Assembly: GCA_947053455.1 (NCBI GenBank)
Contig: CAMRSV010000001.1
Coordinates: 64,001-128,000, forward strand
Direction: 5' to 3'
DNA from: an uncultured Alphaproteobacteria bacterium
Lineage (GTDB): Bacteria; Pseudomonadota; Alphaproteobacteria; Rs-D84
Length of the DNA: 64,000 bases
How positions within the stretch are numbered: position 1 is the first letter of the stretch; the number at the start of each line of letters is the position of its first letter. The position numbers were made by a program, and so were the translations under genes. Positions 1 to 10,574 of the stretch are shown one piece after another. Under the pieces are notes generated by a model, which was not told the origin of the DNA, did not search any database, and saw only the letters and a list, made by a program, of their open reading frames with translations.

Positions 1-562
1 TCGCCAGCGACCATGTAAGCCACTTATATTTTGGCGCCAACAATCCTATCATTACAAGCCCGGCAAAAGACACCGCCGTATGACCAGATGGCATTGAATT
101 AAACGCCCATTCTGTCGATGGCGGATAGAATCCTGTCATATTTAAAGCCTCAAAAAATATCGGTCGCGCCCGGCCAATAAACGTTTTTAACAACTTTACC
201 GCAACGCCGGTTCCAAAAACGGAGCAAAATATAAAAAACGCATAACTAGTCTTTGTTTTTTCTACAAAATCCAGAAAACGAGCCTTTATATTAAACCATT
301 TTGTACGTTTTATAACCGAATCAGTTGTATTTACTGTTTTTTTTACATAAACTACAAAGGTTGCCACGCCGGCCAAAATAATCCAATTTTTCCAATCAAA
401 AACAATATTTATTGCATTTGCCCACAACCCGTCAAAATTACGCAAGAACAAAAATAGCGGCTTGTCATACCAAAAAATACCGGTCAATACTAATACCAGT
501 GTTACAACTGACGCTATCAGTAACCATTTCCACTTTATTTTATTTTCATTTGTTAAAAACAT
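1..562 (-). CDS. PAP2-family membrane phosphatase, 3' end outside window
   Basis: Manually translated from ATG at 562 (MFLTNENKIKWKWLLIAS...); contains KTFIGRARP and SMPSGH PAP2 motifs and hydrophobic segments. Not in the ORF track because it runs off the edge. Confidence 0.85.
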   Translation of the reverse strand, partial: MFLTNENKIKWKWLLIASVVTLVLVLTGIFWYDKPLFLFLRNFDGLWANAINIVFDWKNWIILAGVATFVVYVKKTVNTTDSVIKRTKWFNIKARFLDFVEKTKTSYAFFIFCSVFGTGVAVKLLKTFIGRARPIFFEALNMTGFYPPSTEWAFNSMPSGHTAVSFAGLVMIGLLAPKYKWLTWSLA

Positions 563-571
563 TTCCCTGCC

Positions 572-2080
572 TCACTGCGCAATCAAATTGTTATAGACCT
601 TTTTATCAGTCAATATTTTTGCAGCCACCGCAGCGGATAACGCATCTTCGTCCGTACCGCTGGATATAACTGGACATCCGCGCCGTATCGTGTCGGCCGG
701 AATATCTGTCTGCTTATTAAAATCCTGGGCGTTAAAATCATTATTTATAACATTTAAAAAGAACGCATTCTGCTGCGACGCTGACCTGATATTCGACAGA
801 CATACAATTGGAAACACACCGCGTCCATCAATTTCGCGCCCGGAACCCGTTTTTATGGATCGATTTAACAATTCCAATGCGGCACCTGAATCCAAATCAA
901 TACGGGTTGCAATTCTTGCCGCGCCACGCGTAGGCGTACCAACCAGTACTCCGCGTGCATTTTCATAGAATGCGGCAACCACAGCTTCGGCTGTGCCGCG
1001 TGTTTGATCGGACATCAATACAACAACCGGTGCTTTTGTCACCGCATTGCCACCGGGCACAACCTCCACTTCTTCTAGGGCAGTCTGTGCAATACGCATA
1101 ACCGGCGTTTGCCCAATAAATAGCCCTGCTAGTTTCGCCGCCGCACGTTCATCATTACCACCACTGCTGCGCATATCCAAAATTATACCGGCCGCGTCGC
1201 CGTACTTGCCAAGAGCTTCGCTTACAATTGAAACTGAATTATCAGTTATATTATGAATAACAATTTCTAAAATATCACCTGAATTGTTGCCCGAACGGTG
1301 AACAACATCGGCATCTGCAACAACGACGGTTGCACGGCGCAAAACCACATCACGGTTACCAGATGGCGACAACAGTTTGATTTTTGCGGTTCCAGAATTA
1401 AATCCGTCAAACGCCGCCGCCAAATCTGCGTCATCCATATCAGATGTTGCGCGACCGTTTATCCCCACTATCAAATCACCCGCCGAAACACCGGCCGCAT
1501 CTGCGGGCGAACCTTTAAATACGCCATTTACACGGAAATTTCCACGCGAATCACGCGCACCCGTTAACCCAACCGTGGTCAGCATTCGATTATCTTCCAT
1601 AACTTGTGCCGCATGCGACGGTATATAGCGCCCATTTTCATCAATTCCACGGGTAAGTGTTTCAACAACTTTTTTATATAAATCTGTCGGGGTTGCACGA
1701 CGCAATGCGTCGTCGCGCGCGCGCAACTGTAAAACAAGTGCCGTTGTTATTTCGCCAAATCCGTTCCAGTCACGAGCCGCCGGTCGCGGAAAATTTGCCA
1801 CAATCGCATCGTCCCATACCAATACAACACGTTCATCCGTTGCCGCGATGTGCGCATGCGGATTTAATTTTTCCAGGCTTTCAACCGCAACATTTATGTT
1901 ACGCCCCCCCCAACGCACCCCATCCAATTTTTCATATATATCGGCAAATGTCTTGGATGCGTCAATTACATTGATACCATTTTGCACGGGTTCATCTTCG
2001 AAAAACAGACTGTCTGCCGATGCAGCCACGGGCACCGCCATGGCCAGAAACATCAGCAAAATAATTTTATTCAAATTCAT
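572..2080 (-). CDS. S41 (CtpA/Prc-like) PDZ protein, probably catalytically inactive
   Basis: Signal peptide from Met at 2080 with GGAGG upstream; PDZ-like GSPADAAGVSAGDLIVGING; ILDMRSSGG motif; catalytic Ser and Lys motifs degenerate. Confidence 0.8.
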   Translation of the reverse strand: MNLNKIILLMFLAMAVPVAASADSLFFEDEPVQNGINVIDASKTFADIYEKLDGVRWGGRNINVAVESLEKLNPHAHIAATDERVVLVWDDAIVANFPRPAARDWNGFGEITTALVLQLRARDDALRRATPTDLYKKVVETLTRGIDENGRYIPSHAAQVMEDNRMLTTVGLTGARDSRGNFRVNGVFKGSPADAAGVSAGDLIVGINGRATSDMDDADLAAAFDGFNSGTAKIKLLSPSGNRDVVLRRATVVVADADVVHRSGNNSGDILEIVIHNITDNSVSIVSEALGKYGDAAGIILDMRSSGGNDERAAAKLAGLFIGQTPVMRIAQTALEEVEVVPGGNAVTKAPVVVLMSDQTRGTAEAVVAAFYENARGVLVGTPTRGAARIATRIDLDSGAALELLNRSIKTGSGREIDGRGVFPIVCLSNIRSASQQNAFFLNVINNDFNAQDFNKQTDIPADTIRRGCPVISSGTDEDALSAAVAAKILTDKKVYNNLIAQ

Positions 2081-2109
2081 CGTATCTGCTTCCTCCCCCG
2101 GGCTGAATC

Positions 2110-2973
2110 TCAATATTTTGTATCGCGCAGATTAAAGTGATACAAAACAACATTCGAGATATAAATACTGGTCAATGTTCCCATTATAATCGAGAATGTC
2201 ATTGCGATTGCAAAATCTTTCAACATTACACCGCCAAAGAAATACAGTCCCACCATTGCCAATATGGTTGAAATGCTGGTCATCAATGTTCTATGTAACA
2301 TTTCATTGACCGATAAATCAATTAAGTCATTCATCGGTATTTTATGGTATTTTTTGATATTCTCATCAATACGGTCATAATTTACAACCTTGTCGTTTAT
2401 GGAATACCCTATTCCCATTAAGATAACTGCAATTGAGGTTTGATTGAATTCTAGACCCACCACGGAAAAAAATCCGAACATCAAAATGAAATCCAGTACC
2501 AGCGACACAAAAGAGCCAACCGCGTACCCACCACGATAACGAATCCAGATATACACACTCATCAGAACGAATGAAACCAGTATCGCCAAAATTCCGCCAC
2601 GCACCAATTCACCACCGATTTTTGGACCGACAATCTGAACCTGGGAATACTGAACGTTGTCGCCCAGAATATTCTTTATTTCTGCGACACGAACATTCTG
2701 CTCTGCATCTGTCGCCCCCTTGGGCAGACCAACGCGCACCAGTATAGAATTATCGCCCACCGTCTGTAATTCGGGACTAAACGGCGCCAGTACTGCACGC
2801 ATTTTGTCGATTGTATATTCGGGCGTGGTTGGCGTTACCTCCATTGATATGCCGCCCGCAAAATCAATGCCATAGTTTAATCCACGTGTCGCCAACGACA
2901 CAATTGACAACGCAACCAGGATTCCGGAAATCCAATACGACAATTTGCGATATTTCATAAAATGCAGTTTCAT
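2110..2973 (-). CDS. secF: Protein translocase subunit SecF
   Basis: GLNYGIDFAGG and GYSINDKVVNYDRI motifs; follows secD. Confidence 0.95.
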   Translation of the reverse strand: MKLHFMKYRKLSYWISGILVALSIVSLATRGLNYGIDFAGGISMEVTPTTPEYTIDKMRAVLAPFSPELQTVGDNSILVRVGLPKGATDAEQNVRVAEIKNILGDNVQYSQVQIVGPKIGGELVRGGILAILVSFVLMSVYIWIRYRGGYAVGSFVSLVLDFILMFGFFSVVGLEFNQTSIAVILMGIGYSINDKVVNYDRIDENIKKYHKIPMNDLIDLSVNEMLHRTLMTSISTILAMVGLYFFGGVMLKDFAIAMTFSIIMGTLTSIYISNVVLYHFNLRDTKY

Positions 2974-2983
2974 GACATTTTCC

Positions 2984-4543
2984 TTATTTATTTCTTATAT
3001 ATCCAATTTTTTTGTTTTTACCATTCATGTACCAGTCAATCAAAACACGCGACAGCATCAAACACGTAAACAGCGTTGTTATAACACCAATCGACAGCGT
3101 CACTGCAAAACCGCGTATCGGACCTGCACCAAACTGGAACAAAATCAATGAACAAATCAAATTTGTCAGATTTCCGTCCATAACCGTCTTGATGGATCGA
3201 TTGAACCCAAGATCAACCGCGCGCAGCGGCGACACGCCCGCGCGCACCTCATCACGGATACGTTCAAACGGCAGAATATTTGCATCCACCGCCATCCCCA
3301 GCGTTAACACGATACCCGCAATTCCCGGCAGGGTAAGTGTCGCGCCCAGCAGCGCGGATATACCGATAATCATCCCCAAATTTACCAACAATACGATATC
3401 CGCAATCAAGCCGAACGTACGATACGCAAATATCATGAACAATATAACGAACAGCACACCCACCGCAGAACCAATTTTTCCGGTTGCGATTGTATCCGCC
3501 CCAAGCCCTGCGCCAACAGTGCGTTCCTCTATCACCTGAAGCGGCGCCGGCAATGCACCAGATCGCAGCAACACAGCCAAATCCTTTGCACTTTGCAATG
3601 TAAAGTTCCCAGAAATTTGTCCCTTGCCGCCGGGTATCGGTTCACGTATGACCGGGGCAGACAAAACCTTGCCGTCAAGGACAATGGCAAAGCGTTCGTT
3701 TACATGTTCGGTCGTAAGTCTGGTGAACTTGCGCCCACCGGCCGCATCAAACGCCATTGAAACAACCGGCATCTGATTATTGTCATACGCAGCCTGGGCA
3801 TCTTTTAGTGATTCACCAGAAACCTCAACACGGGAATAAACCGGTATAACAGATGCGCCCGAGTCCATATCCGGCAGGAACTCTGTCCCAGCAGGCGCAC
3901 GACCCGATGCCAACTGTTCGGCCGTAACGTTTTCATTAACCAGGTGGAATGTCATCTTGGCCGTCTGACCAATCAATTCCTTTATACGTTCAGGATTATC
4001 GACACCCGGCAATTGAACCAAAATGTATTTACCGCCCTGGCTCTGGATAGATGGTTCCTTGGTTCCCAACGCATCAATACGACGACGTACAATTTCAATA
4101 CTGCGACTTAACGCATCGCTGACCATTTCTTGTTTTTGTTTTTCAGAATAAGACAATCTTATTGCTTTTCCATCCGAAGTAATATCAACGCCGCCCCCCA
4201 GAACCGATTTCAAGCGCCCCTTGGCGGCGGAAACCTGCTCCTCATCACGAACAACGAACGACACGGCACCGTCCGCATTACGCAAGTTTGAAAAACGTAT
4301 CACCCCTTTGTCACGATCAATCAGGGTACTGCGCACCTCTTCATATAATTGTGCCGATTTCTCATGAAACATTGTATCGGTATCAACCTCTAACAACAGC
4401 TGCGCACCGCCTTTTAAGTCCAACCCTAATGGTATTGGACGTATCCAGGACGGAAAATACGGCGCAAGCCGCGTCGACATTGTCGGCACCGCCAGCAATA
4501 CGCCAAACACTGCAACAAAAATTATCGCAAGTTTCTTAAACAT
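2984..4543 (-). CDS. secD: Protein translocase subunit SecD
   Basis: LGLDLKGG, RRIDALGTKEP, GMAVDANIL motifs. Confidence 0.97.
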   Translation of the reverse strand: MFKKLAIIFVAVFGVLLAVPTMSTRLAPYFPSWIRPIPLGLDLKGGAQLLLEVDTDTMFHEKSAQLYEEVRSTLIDRDKGVIRFSNLRNADGAVSFVVRDEEQVSAAKGRLKSVLGGGVDITSDGKAIRLSYSEKQKQEMVSDALSRSIEIVRRRIDALGTKEPSIQSQGGKYILVQLPGVDNPERIKELIGQTAKMTFHLVNENVTAEQLASGRAPAGTEFLPDMDSGASVIPVYSRVEVSGESLKDAQAAYDNNQMPVVSMAFDAAGGRKFTRLTTEHVNERFAIVLDGKVLSAPVIREPIPGGKGQISGNFTLQSAKDLAVLLRSGALPAPLQVIEERTVGAGLGADTIATGKIGSAVGVLFVILFMIFAYRTFGLIADIVLLVNLGMIIGISALLGATLTLPGIAGIVLTLGMAVDANILPFERIRDEVRAGVSPLRAVDLGFNRSIKTVMDGNLTNLICSLILFQFGAGPIRGFAVTLSIGVITTLFTCLMLSRVLIDWYMNGKNKKIGYIRNK

Positions 4544-4554
4544 ACCAAACCCTT

Positions 4555-4869
4555 TTATTTTTCAACGCTTGCAACGGCGTTCTTGTTAACCTCAACAACG
4601 ACGCCTTTGGCGATTTCAACTTCGATTGTCTGTTCGTTTATTTTTTTTATCGTACCAAAAATGCCGGCGGCCATAACACGATTGCCGACCTGCATGGAAT
4701 CAAGCATTTTTTGATATTCGGCCATACGCCGCTTGTTCGGGCGAACCATGAATATATAAATTATCGCAAATACGACCACGCAATACATCGCCATGTAAAG
4801 CCAATCGCCCTGCTGGGCTGCATTGGCGGCAACAACCGCATTGTCGGCAACAACAGTTTCTACTGCCAT
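4555..4869 (-). CDS. yajC: Preprotein translocase subunit YajC
   Basis: One TM then MVRP...GNRVMAAGIFGTI; position upstream of secDF. Confidence 0.93.
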   Translation of the reverse strand: MAVETVVADNAVVAANAAQQGDWLYMAMYCVVVFAIIYIFMVRPNKRRMAEYQKMLDSMQVGNRVMAAGIFGTIKKINEQTIEVEIAKGVVVEVNKNAVASVEK

Positions 4870-4944
4870 AACTTCTCCTTACCTTATTATAAATGCAGAA
4901 TAGTAAAAAAAGGTGGCGCTTGTAAAGGCAAAAAACGCGCAAAA

Positions 4945-6744
4945 CTACACGCGTTCAAACCATGCATCCATGTCCGAAATGGGTATTATTTTATAAACCG
5001 GGCGCCCATGATTGCACTGGCCTGCGCGTTCGGTTCGTTCAATATCCCGCAACAAAGCGTCCATCTGCTCTATGCTTAATTTCTGGCCGGCACGCACGGA
5101 ATGATGGCACGCATAATTAGCCATTTTTAAGTGCAGCCGTTCGCCCAGACCTGACGAATAACCGTTTGCACGCACCTCGTCCGCAATCGTGCGCAGTAAA
5201 TCCGCCCAATTCAAATCCCAATCGGCCGGCTTTTCAAATATGGCAACGGCATCTTCACCAAACGCGTCCAGACGCAGCCCCGCATTCGCCATTTCATTTG
5301 CAACTGTCAAAACTGCATTCACCTCTTCAGCGCGCAACGCGATGACAATCGGGGTCAGTAACGGCTGCGTCTTTATCGCATGGCGTCGTATCTTCTCGTA
5401 CGTGATGCGTTCATGGGCGGCATGCTGGTCAACCACGACAAGGCCGTCACCACGCGCCGCCAATATATATTTGTTGCCAACCTGGCCGACGACACGCCCC
5501 AATGGCAATTCTTCAAAAGAATTTTGCGGCACAGATTCCCGCTTTAAATCGGCACACGCGTCTGTCCGTTGAATTTCATCAGATGCATTTGCAGCGTTTC
5601 GGCGCGTCACCACCGGCGATGCGCCGAACATGTTGCTCACGCGGGTCTGGACAGTATCGCAAACGCGCGATGCCGCACCGCGCGCATTAAAATAATTCGG
5701 CGAAACGAAAGTCATTGGGGTTGCCACCGCTGATGCCGGCGCTGCGGCGGGCGATGAATATGACTCATCAACCATTGTCTGCGCCAGCGCATCACGCAGA
5801 CTTTTTATCATAAAAGACCGCACGTGTGCAGGTTCTAAAAAGTGCACCTCCGTCTTGGCGGGCGAAACATTCACGTCCACGTTCTGCGGCGCCAACGTCA
5901 AGTGCAACGCGCAAAGCGGAAATTCACGCGCATGCATAACATCCATGTATGCAGCACGCAGCGCACCGACCAGCACCTTGTCCTTGACGGGTCGGCCATT
6001 AACAAACAAATACTGGTCTATAGATGACGCACGACGCAGCGTTGGCTCCGACACAAATCCGGTCAGACGCATTTTTGCAGTTGATATGCTCTCGCTGTCT
6101 ATTTCCAGCATACGACCCGCCACGTCATCCCCCATAACAGCCACAATTCGGTCACGCATATCCTGATTTTTTGGGAACCGCCATTTGTTGTTCAACGTAA
6201 ATCCGACATCGGGTCGCGCCATCGCCAGACATTTTACAACCTCCAACACAGACATCATTTCAGCCCGGTCGCCCCGCAAAAATTTCAACCGGGCGGGCGT
6301 TTTTGAAAACAGGTTTTGAACGCGCACACGGGTGCCACTTTCCCAGTCGGATGGCCGCACATCGCCGGTATTGGCATCAAGGCACCACCCGTTATCCTCA
6401 CCATGCCGACATGTATCTATTGTCATATCGGCAACACTGGCGATTGACGGCAGCGCCTCGCCACGAAAACCCATAAAATTTATATTCAGCAAATCATCGT
6501 CCGGCAATTTTGACGTTGCGTGCCTGGTGACGCTTTTCTCCAAATCGTCACGTGACATTCCCGACCCATTGTCGATAATTGAAATCATTGTACGACCGCC
6601 GTCCACCACATCAACAACAATCTGATCTGCACCCGCGTCCAGGGCATTTTCAATCAATTCTTTTACAACGCTGGCTGGACGTTCAACCACCTCGCCGGCG
6701 GCAATTTGATTGATAAGATAATCCGGTAAAATACGTACGGTCAT
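4945..6744 (-). CDS. mutL: DNA mismatch repair protein MutL
   Basis: NQIAAGEVVERPASVVKELIEN, GFRGEAL, DQHAAHERI, CNHGRP. Confidence 0.98.
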   Translation of the reverse strand: MTVRILPDYLINQIAAGEVVERPASVVKELIENALDAGADQIVVDVVDGGRTMISIIDNGSGMSRDDLEKSVTRHATSKLPDDDLLNINFMGFRGEALPSIASVADMTIDTCRHGEDNGWCLDANTGDVRPSDWESGTRVRVQNLFSKTPARLKFLRGDRAEMMSVLEVVKCLAMARPDVGFTLNNKWRFPKNQDMRDRIVAVMGDDVAGRMLEIDSESISTAKMRLTGFVSEPTLRRASSIDQYLFVNGRPVKDKVLVGALRAAYMDVMHAREFPLCALHLTLAPQNVDVNVSPAKTEVHFLEPAHVRSFMIKSLRDALAQTMVDESYSSPAAAPASAVATPMTFVSPNYFNARGAASRVCDTVQTRVSNMFGASPVVTRRNAANASDEIQRTDACADLKRESVPQNSFEELPLGRVVGQVGNKYILAARGDGLVVVDQHAAHERITYEKIRRHAIKTQPLLTPIVIALRAEEVNAVLTVANEMANAGLRLDAFGEDAVAIFEKPADWDLNWADLLRTIADEVRANGYSSGLGERLHLKMANYACHHSVRAGQKLSIEQMDALLRDIERTERAGQCNHGRPVYKIIPISDMDAWFERV

Positions 6745-6760
6745 GAGCTATTAAATTCCA

Positions 6761-7240
6761 CTATTGTCTGAACGTTACATTCAGAATTTCATATTCTTTC
6801 TCGCCACCGGGCAATTTAACAATGCATGTGTCGCCGACGCACTTTCCAATCATTGCACGCCCAACCGGCGATGTACATGAAATAACGGTACGACCATCGG
6901 ATTCTATATCAGACAAAATCCGGCATTGCATTTGGTTGCCATCCTCGTCTTCGGCTGTAACAATGGCGCCAAACACGACCCGGTCGCCGGACAAAGATTC
7001 CACATCTATCACGGCGGCGTTTTCTATAACACCTTCGATAAATCCGATACGTTTGTCAATCTGGCGCTGTTTTTCCTTGGCGGCGCTATAATCGGCATTT
7101 TCAGACAAATCGCCCAATGAACGCGCCCACTGCACTGTTTTTAATATTTCTGGGCGCTGAACTTCCTTCAAATCACGTAATTCCTTGACAAGGGCGTCAA
7201 ACCCGGCACGTGAAATCGGCTTCTTTTCCATTTTTATCAA
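6761..7240 (-). CDS. greA: Transcription elongation factor GreA
   Basis: GDLSENADYSAAKE and SPVGRAMIGK motifs. Confidence 0.93.
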   Translation of the reverse strand: MIKMEKKPISRAGFDALVKELRDLKEVQRPEILKTVQWARSLGDLSENADYSAAKEKQRQIDKRIGFIEGVIENAAVIDVESLSGDRVVFGAIVTAEDEDGNQMQCRILSDIESDGRTVISCTSPVGRAMIGKCVGDTCIVKLPGGEKEYEILNVTFRQ

Positions 7241-7343
7241 CCTTGTTTTTTATCAAAATTATATCCATTCATTTTAATTTTGCAATTGCCAAATTAACAG
7301 GCTATACTTTTCCTGATACACATATAATATATTGTAAGGCATC

Positions 7344-8405
7344 ATGTTCAAATTTAATATTTTAAATAGATTTCTAATGCGCCGTTTTTTTGGCGGTGTG
7401 GGGCTTGTCATGCTGGTTGTGTGTGGAATTATTGTCGCGGTCACATTTGTAGAACGACTGCCGTCAAATCCAACAATTGGTGCAGCGCTTATGGAATCAT
7501 GGATACGCCTTTTGGAATATATGCCGTTATTTTTGCCGATGGCGGTGTTTATGGGAACCTTGCTGGCCTCGTACAATCTGACCAAATCAACTGAAAAGAT
7601 AATAATTGCCAGTGCGGGTTTATCGCCATACCAATCAGCGCGGCCATTTTTACTGGGGGCGGCGTTAATCGGATTTTTTGCGACAATGGTGGTAAACCCC
7701 TACTCTGTTAATTTAAGCGAAAAAAATATAACCTCGCATAATTTGAAACTTATCGACGACGCCGTCTGGCTGCGCGAGGCGGGGGAAAACGGATTCATAA
7801 CCATGCGGGCGGGAAAAATGCTGGCCGCATCAAAGGATGAAATGACGTTTGCAAACGCAACTGTATATATCCAGAATTCACAGTTTCGCCCCGTCCAGCA
7901 GGTTCAGGCGAATAAAATAACCCTGACAGATGACGGATTAAATGCAGCGCGTGCACGTGTATGGGACGCAAACGGCGCCTTGAAAACAGAAAAGTGGTCT
8001 ATTAAAACCCGCCTGACGCCACGCACGGTTTTGGACAGATATCTTCAGCCGGATCAGATTTCATTTTGGGATTTGCCTGCGTTTATAAAAAAGATGAGTG
8101 CAATCGGAATTCCTATGCGCGGCCATTTAGTTCAGTTTTGGACACTGCTGTTTTTGCCATTGACCATGATTGCGATGGCGACATTGGGGGTTGCGTTTTC
8201 ACAAACACGCCAACGCAGAAATTACAGTTTCGGCGTAAAATTTAGTTCCGGTGTCATAACTTGCTTTGCGCTGTATTTTCTAACAAATTTGTTTAACGCG
8301 CTGGGGGCGACGGGCGCGCTGCCGCCAATGCTGTCAGTTGTTGCACCGCCACTGATTATAATCGCGGCGGCAGGAATGTTCATAGCCAGTTTTGACTCTA
8401 TATAA
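7344..8405 (+). CDS. LptF/LptG family LPS export permease (LptG-like)
   Basis: Three N-terminal TMs, EKIIIASAGLS motif, periplasmic domain with VWLRE, three C-terminal TMs. Confidence 0.85.
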   Translation: MFKFNILNRFLMRRFFGGVGLVMLVVCGIIVAVTFVERLPSNPTIGAALMESWIRLLEYMPLFLPMAVFMGTLLASYNLTKSTEKIIIASAGLSPYQSARPFLLGAALIGFFATMVVNPYSVNLSEKNITSHNLKLIDDAVWLREAGENGFITMRAGKMLAASKDEMTFANATVYIQNSQFRPVQQVQANKITLTDDGLNAARARVWDANGALKTEKWSIKTRLTPRTVLDRYLQPDQISFWDLPAFIKKMSAIGIPMRGHLVQFWTLLFLPLTMIAMATLGVAFSQTRQRRNYSFGVKFSSGVITCFALYFLTNLFNALGATGALPPMLSVVAPPLIIIAAAGMFIASFDSI

Positions 8406-8424
8406 AAACCAAAGGAAAACCAAC

Positions 8425-8556
8425 ATGCCGTTGCGTAAAAAGAACACTTTACGGAATAACATAATAATATGGACACTGATTGCAGTGCTGGTTCTGCTGA
8501 TGATAATATCATTCGCCCCACATGCGCAAATGACCGAAATTGTACTGTTTCCATGA
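8425..8556 (+). CDS. Small 43-aa single-pass membrane protein coupled to xerD
   Basis: Manual translation MPLRKKNTLRNNIIIWTLIAVLVLLMIISFAPHAQMTEIVLFP*; AAAGGA RBS; stop overlaps xerD start (ATGA at 8553-8556). Confidence 0.7.
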   Translation: MPLRKKNTLRNNIIIWTLIAVLVLLMIISFAPHAQMTEIVLFP

Positions 8557-9422
8557 ATTATATAGATATATTTTTAGAGGCATTAACCGCTGAAAAAGGA
8601 CGCAGTGAAAACACAATATATAACTATTCGGCGGATTTATACGCGGCCGACGCGGCGATTGCGGGAGGTTTAATATCAGCCAGCGCAAAAGACCTGCAAA
8701 ATTACATATCGTCACTAAAAGCAAAACCGTCATCCATTGCGCGCAAGGCTAGTTGTCTGCGGTCTTTCTATAAATTTCTGATGTTGGAAAAAATAATATC
8801 GAAAAACCCGGCAATGGCGCTGGAACTGCCGCGGCGGGCGCGTACATTGCCGAAACTTTTAAGCGTGGATGAAATAAACCTGCTAATATCATCGGCCGGC
8901 GATACGCGAAACGTTGTAAGACTGCGGGCAATGATTGAACTGACGTACGCATCGGGGCTGCGCGTATCTGAATTGTGCGAACTGCCCGTGCGGGCGATAC
9001 TTGGGGACAAGCTGCTTATTCATGGCAAAGGCGCCAAGGAAAGAATCGTCCCGATGCATCCGGGCGCGGTGCACGCCCTGGAAAAGTGGATGGAGGTGCG
9101 CGGCCCAGACCAATCAAAATTCGTATTCCCAGGGATTGGCAAGGAGGGTCACATAACACGCGACGGTTTTTTCAAAATAATAAAAAAATGCGCGGTACTG
9201 GCCGGCATATCACCAGACAGAGTAAGTCCGCACGTACTGCGTCATTCGTTTGCATCACACCTGCTGGCGGGCGGGGCTAATCTGCGCGCGATACAAACCC
9301 TACTGGGGCACGAAGATATTTCAACAACCCAGATTTACACCCATGTCATGCCGGAAAAACTGATTGATGCGGTGGCGATGCATCACCCGCTGGGGGACAA
9401 GACAAAGGTAACAGAGAAATGA
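8553..9422 (+). CDS. xerD: Tyrosine recombinase XerD
   Basis: YASGLRVSEL, GKGAKER, SPHVLRHSFASHLL, LLGHEDISTTQIYTH; start reassigned to Met at 8553. Confidence 0.9.
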   Translation: MNYIDIFLEALTAEKGRSENTIYNYSADLYAADAAIAGGLISASAKDLQNYISSLKAKPSSIARKASCLRSFYKFLMLEKIISKNPAMALELPRRARTLPKLLSVDEINLLISSAGDTRNVVRLRAMIELTYASGLRVSELCELPVRAILGDKLLIHGKGAKERIVPMHPGAVHALEKWMEVRGPDQSKFVFPGIGKEGHITRDGFFKIIKKCAVLAGISPDRVSPHVLRHSFASHLLAGGANLRAIQTLLGHEDISTTQIYTHVMPEKLIDAVAMHHPLGDKTKVTEK

Positions 9423-9922
9423 TAAAAAAATGCGACCATTCCGGATGCACCAAGGCCGGAACATGTCGCGCGCCCAAAACGCGCGACCTTAAGGAATACT
9501 GGTTCTTTTGCCAAGAACATGCCGCAGAATACAACAAAAATTGGAACTATTACGCCAATATGACCCCCGGCGAGATTGAGGCGGAATGGGAACGCGAAAC
9601 ATTCGGGGCGCCGCTGAAAGATAAAAATAGCGCCAATGCAGATGCGGCCGATTACGCAAAATTTATAAATGATTTTTTAACAGGCCGCGCATCATTTGAT
9701 AACGCATCGACGCGACGCACACTGCCCGGCCCGGTTATGACGGCGTTAAAAACATTGGATTTGCCAGTAACGGCGACATTACGCGAAGTTGGTGCACGTT
9801 ACAGGGCACTTGCCAAGAAATACCATCCGGACACGGCGGCCGACAAAAAATCCGCGGCCGATAAATTTGCAAAAATCGCCGACGCATACGAAACATTAAA
9901 AAAGCATTTTGCTAAAAAATAA
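9419..9922 (+). CDS. J-domain protein (alphaproteobacterial type with N-terminal Cys motif)
   Basis: CDHSGC...RAPK...FCQEHAAEYNKNWNY N-terminus; C-terminal YHPD J domain. Confidence 0.88.
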   Translation: MIKKCDHSGCTKAGTCRAPKTRDLKEYWFFCQEHAAEYNKNWNYYANMTPGEIEAEWERETFGAPLKDKNSANADAADYAKFINDFLTGRASFDNASTRRTLPGPVMTALKTLDLPVTATLREVGARYRALAKKYHPDTAADKKSAADKFAKIADAYETLKKHFAKK

Positions 9923-9936
9923 TCTGCGCCCAATTC

Positions 9937-10554
9937 CTAGTTATATGTGCATTGCGCCGACATATTATAAGTTCCGGTATTATCATTGTACGTTCCGGCC
10001 GGCAGTTTACATTGCGTGACAGACGTGCTGCCGGCCGCGCTGGTACCATACGTCGTCGTGCCCGCAGAATTTAATTCACCGGGACAACGCGTGCACTTAA
10101 GCGACGATGTCGTACCAACGCCGTAATAGCCCGCCGCACATCTATATTCATTCGTCGCCGTCTCATCACCAGTTTTTCCGCATCCGGAAACAACATTATA
10201 TTTTCTTTCGCGACCAGTGCCGGACGGGCGCCATTCATTTGTGGTGCGCATTAAGCATCCGCAACCTATAAGGTTCGGGGGGTTATCGCTATCAACAACC
10301 GCCGTGGCACCGTTAAACACCTCTCCACACATGGATTCACAATCTTCAACATTTCCCGAATATCCATCATCATAATAGCAAAGATTTGACCCATAGTCAT
10401 AACACTCGTCAACATCATTACATTCGCCGGGTGATATGGGCTCACTCACACCACCAAAAGTATAAAGCATATCCACTCCTGGATCATCACTATATAAATA
10501 AGCATTTGCCGCAAGCGGAAACACTAGAAACAATGCGATAACAATGCTTTTCAT
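9937..10554 (-). CDS. Secreted Cys-rich protein with CAAGYYG...CTRCP...C-terminal module
   Basis: Signal peptide ending ANA; many Cys; C-terminus homologous to 51648..52085; GAGGGG RBS. Confidence 0.8.
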   Translation of the reverse strand: MKSIVIALFLVFPLAANAYLYSDDPGVDMLYTFGGVSEPISPGECNDVDECYDYGSNLCYYDDGYSGNVEDCESMCGEVFNGATAVVDSDNPPNLIGCGCLMRTTNEWRPSGTGRERKYNVVSGCGKTGDETATNEYRCAAGYYGVGTTSSLKCTRCPGELNSAGTTTYGTSAAGSTSVTQCKLPAGTYNDNTGTYNMSAQCTYN

Positions 10555-10574
10555 TTAACCCCTCTTTTTATTAC

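Noticed and set aside
8553-9422. Tyrosine recombinase as a phage integrase or as the mobiliser of the cassettes
   Set aside because: Motifs (SPHVLRHSFASHLL, TTQIYTH) and context are those of housekeeping XerD; no att sites or phage genes are visible.
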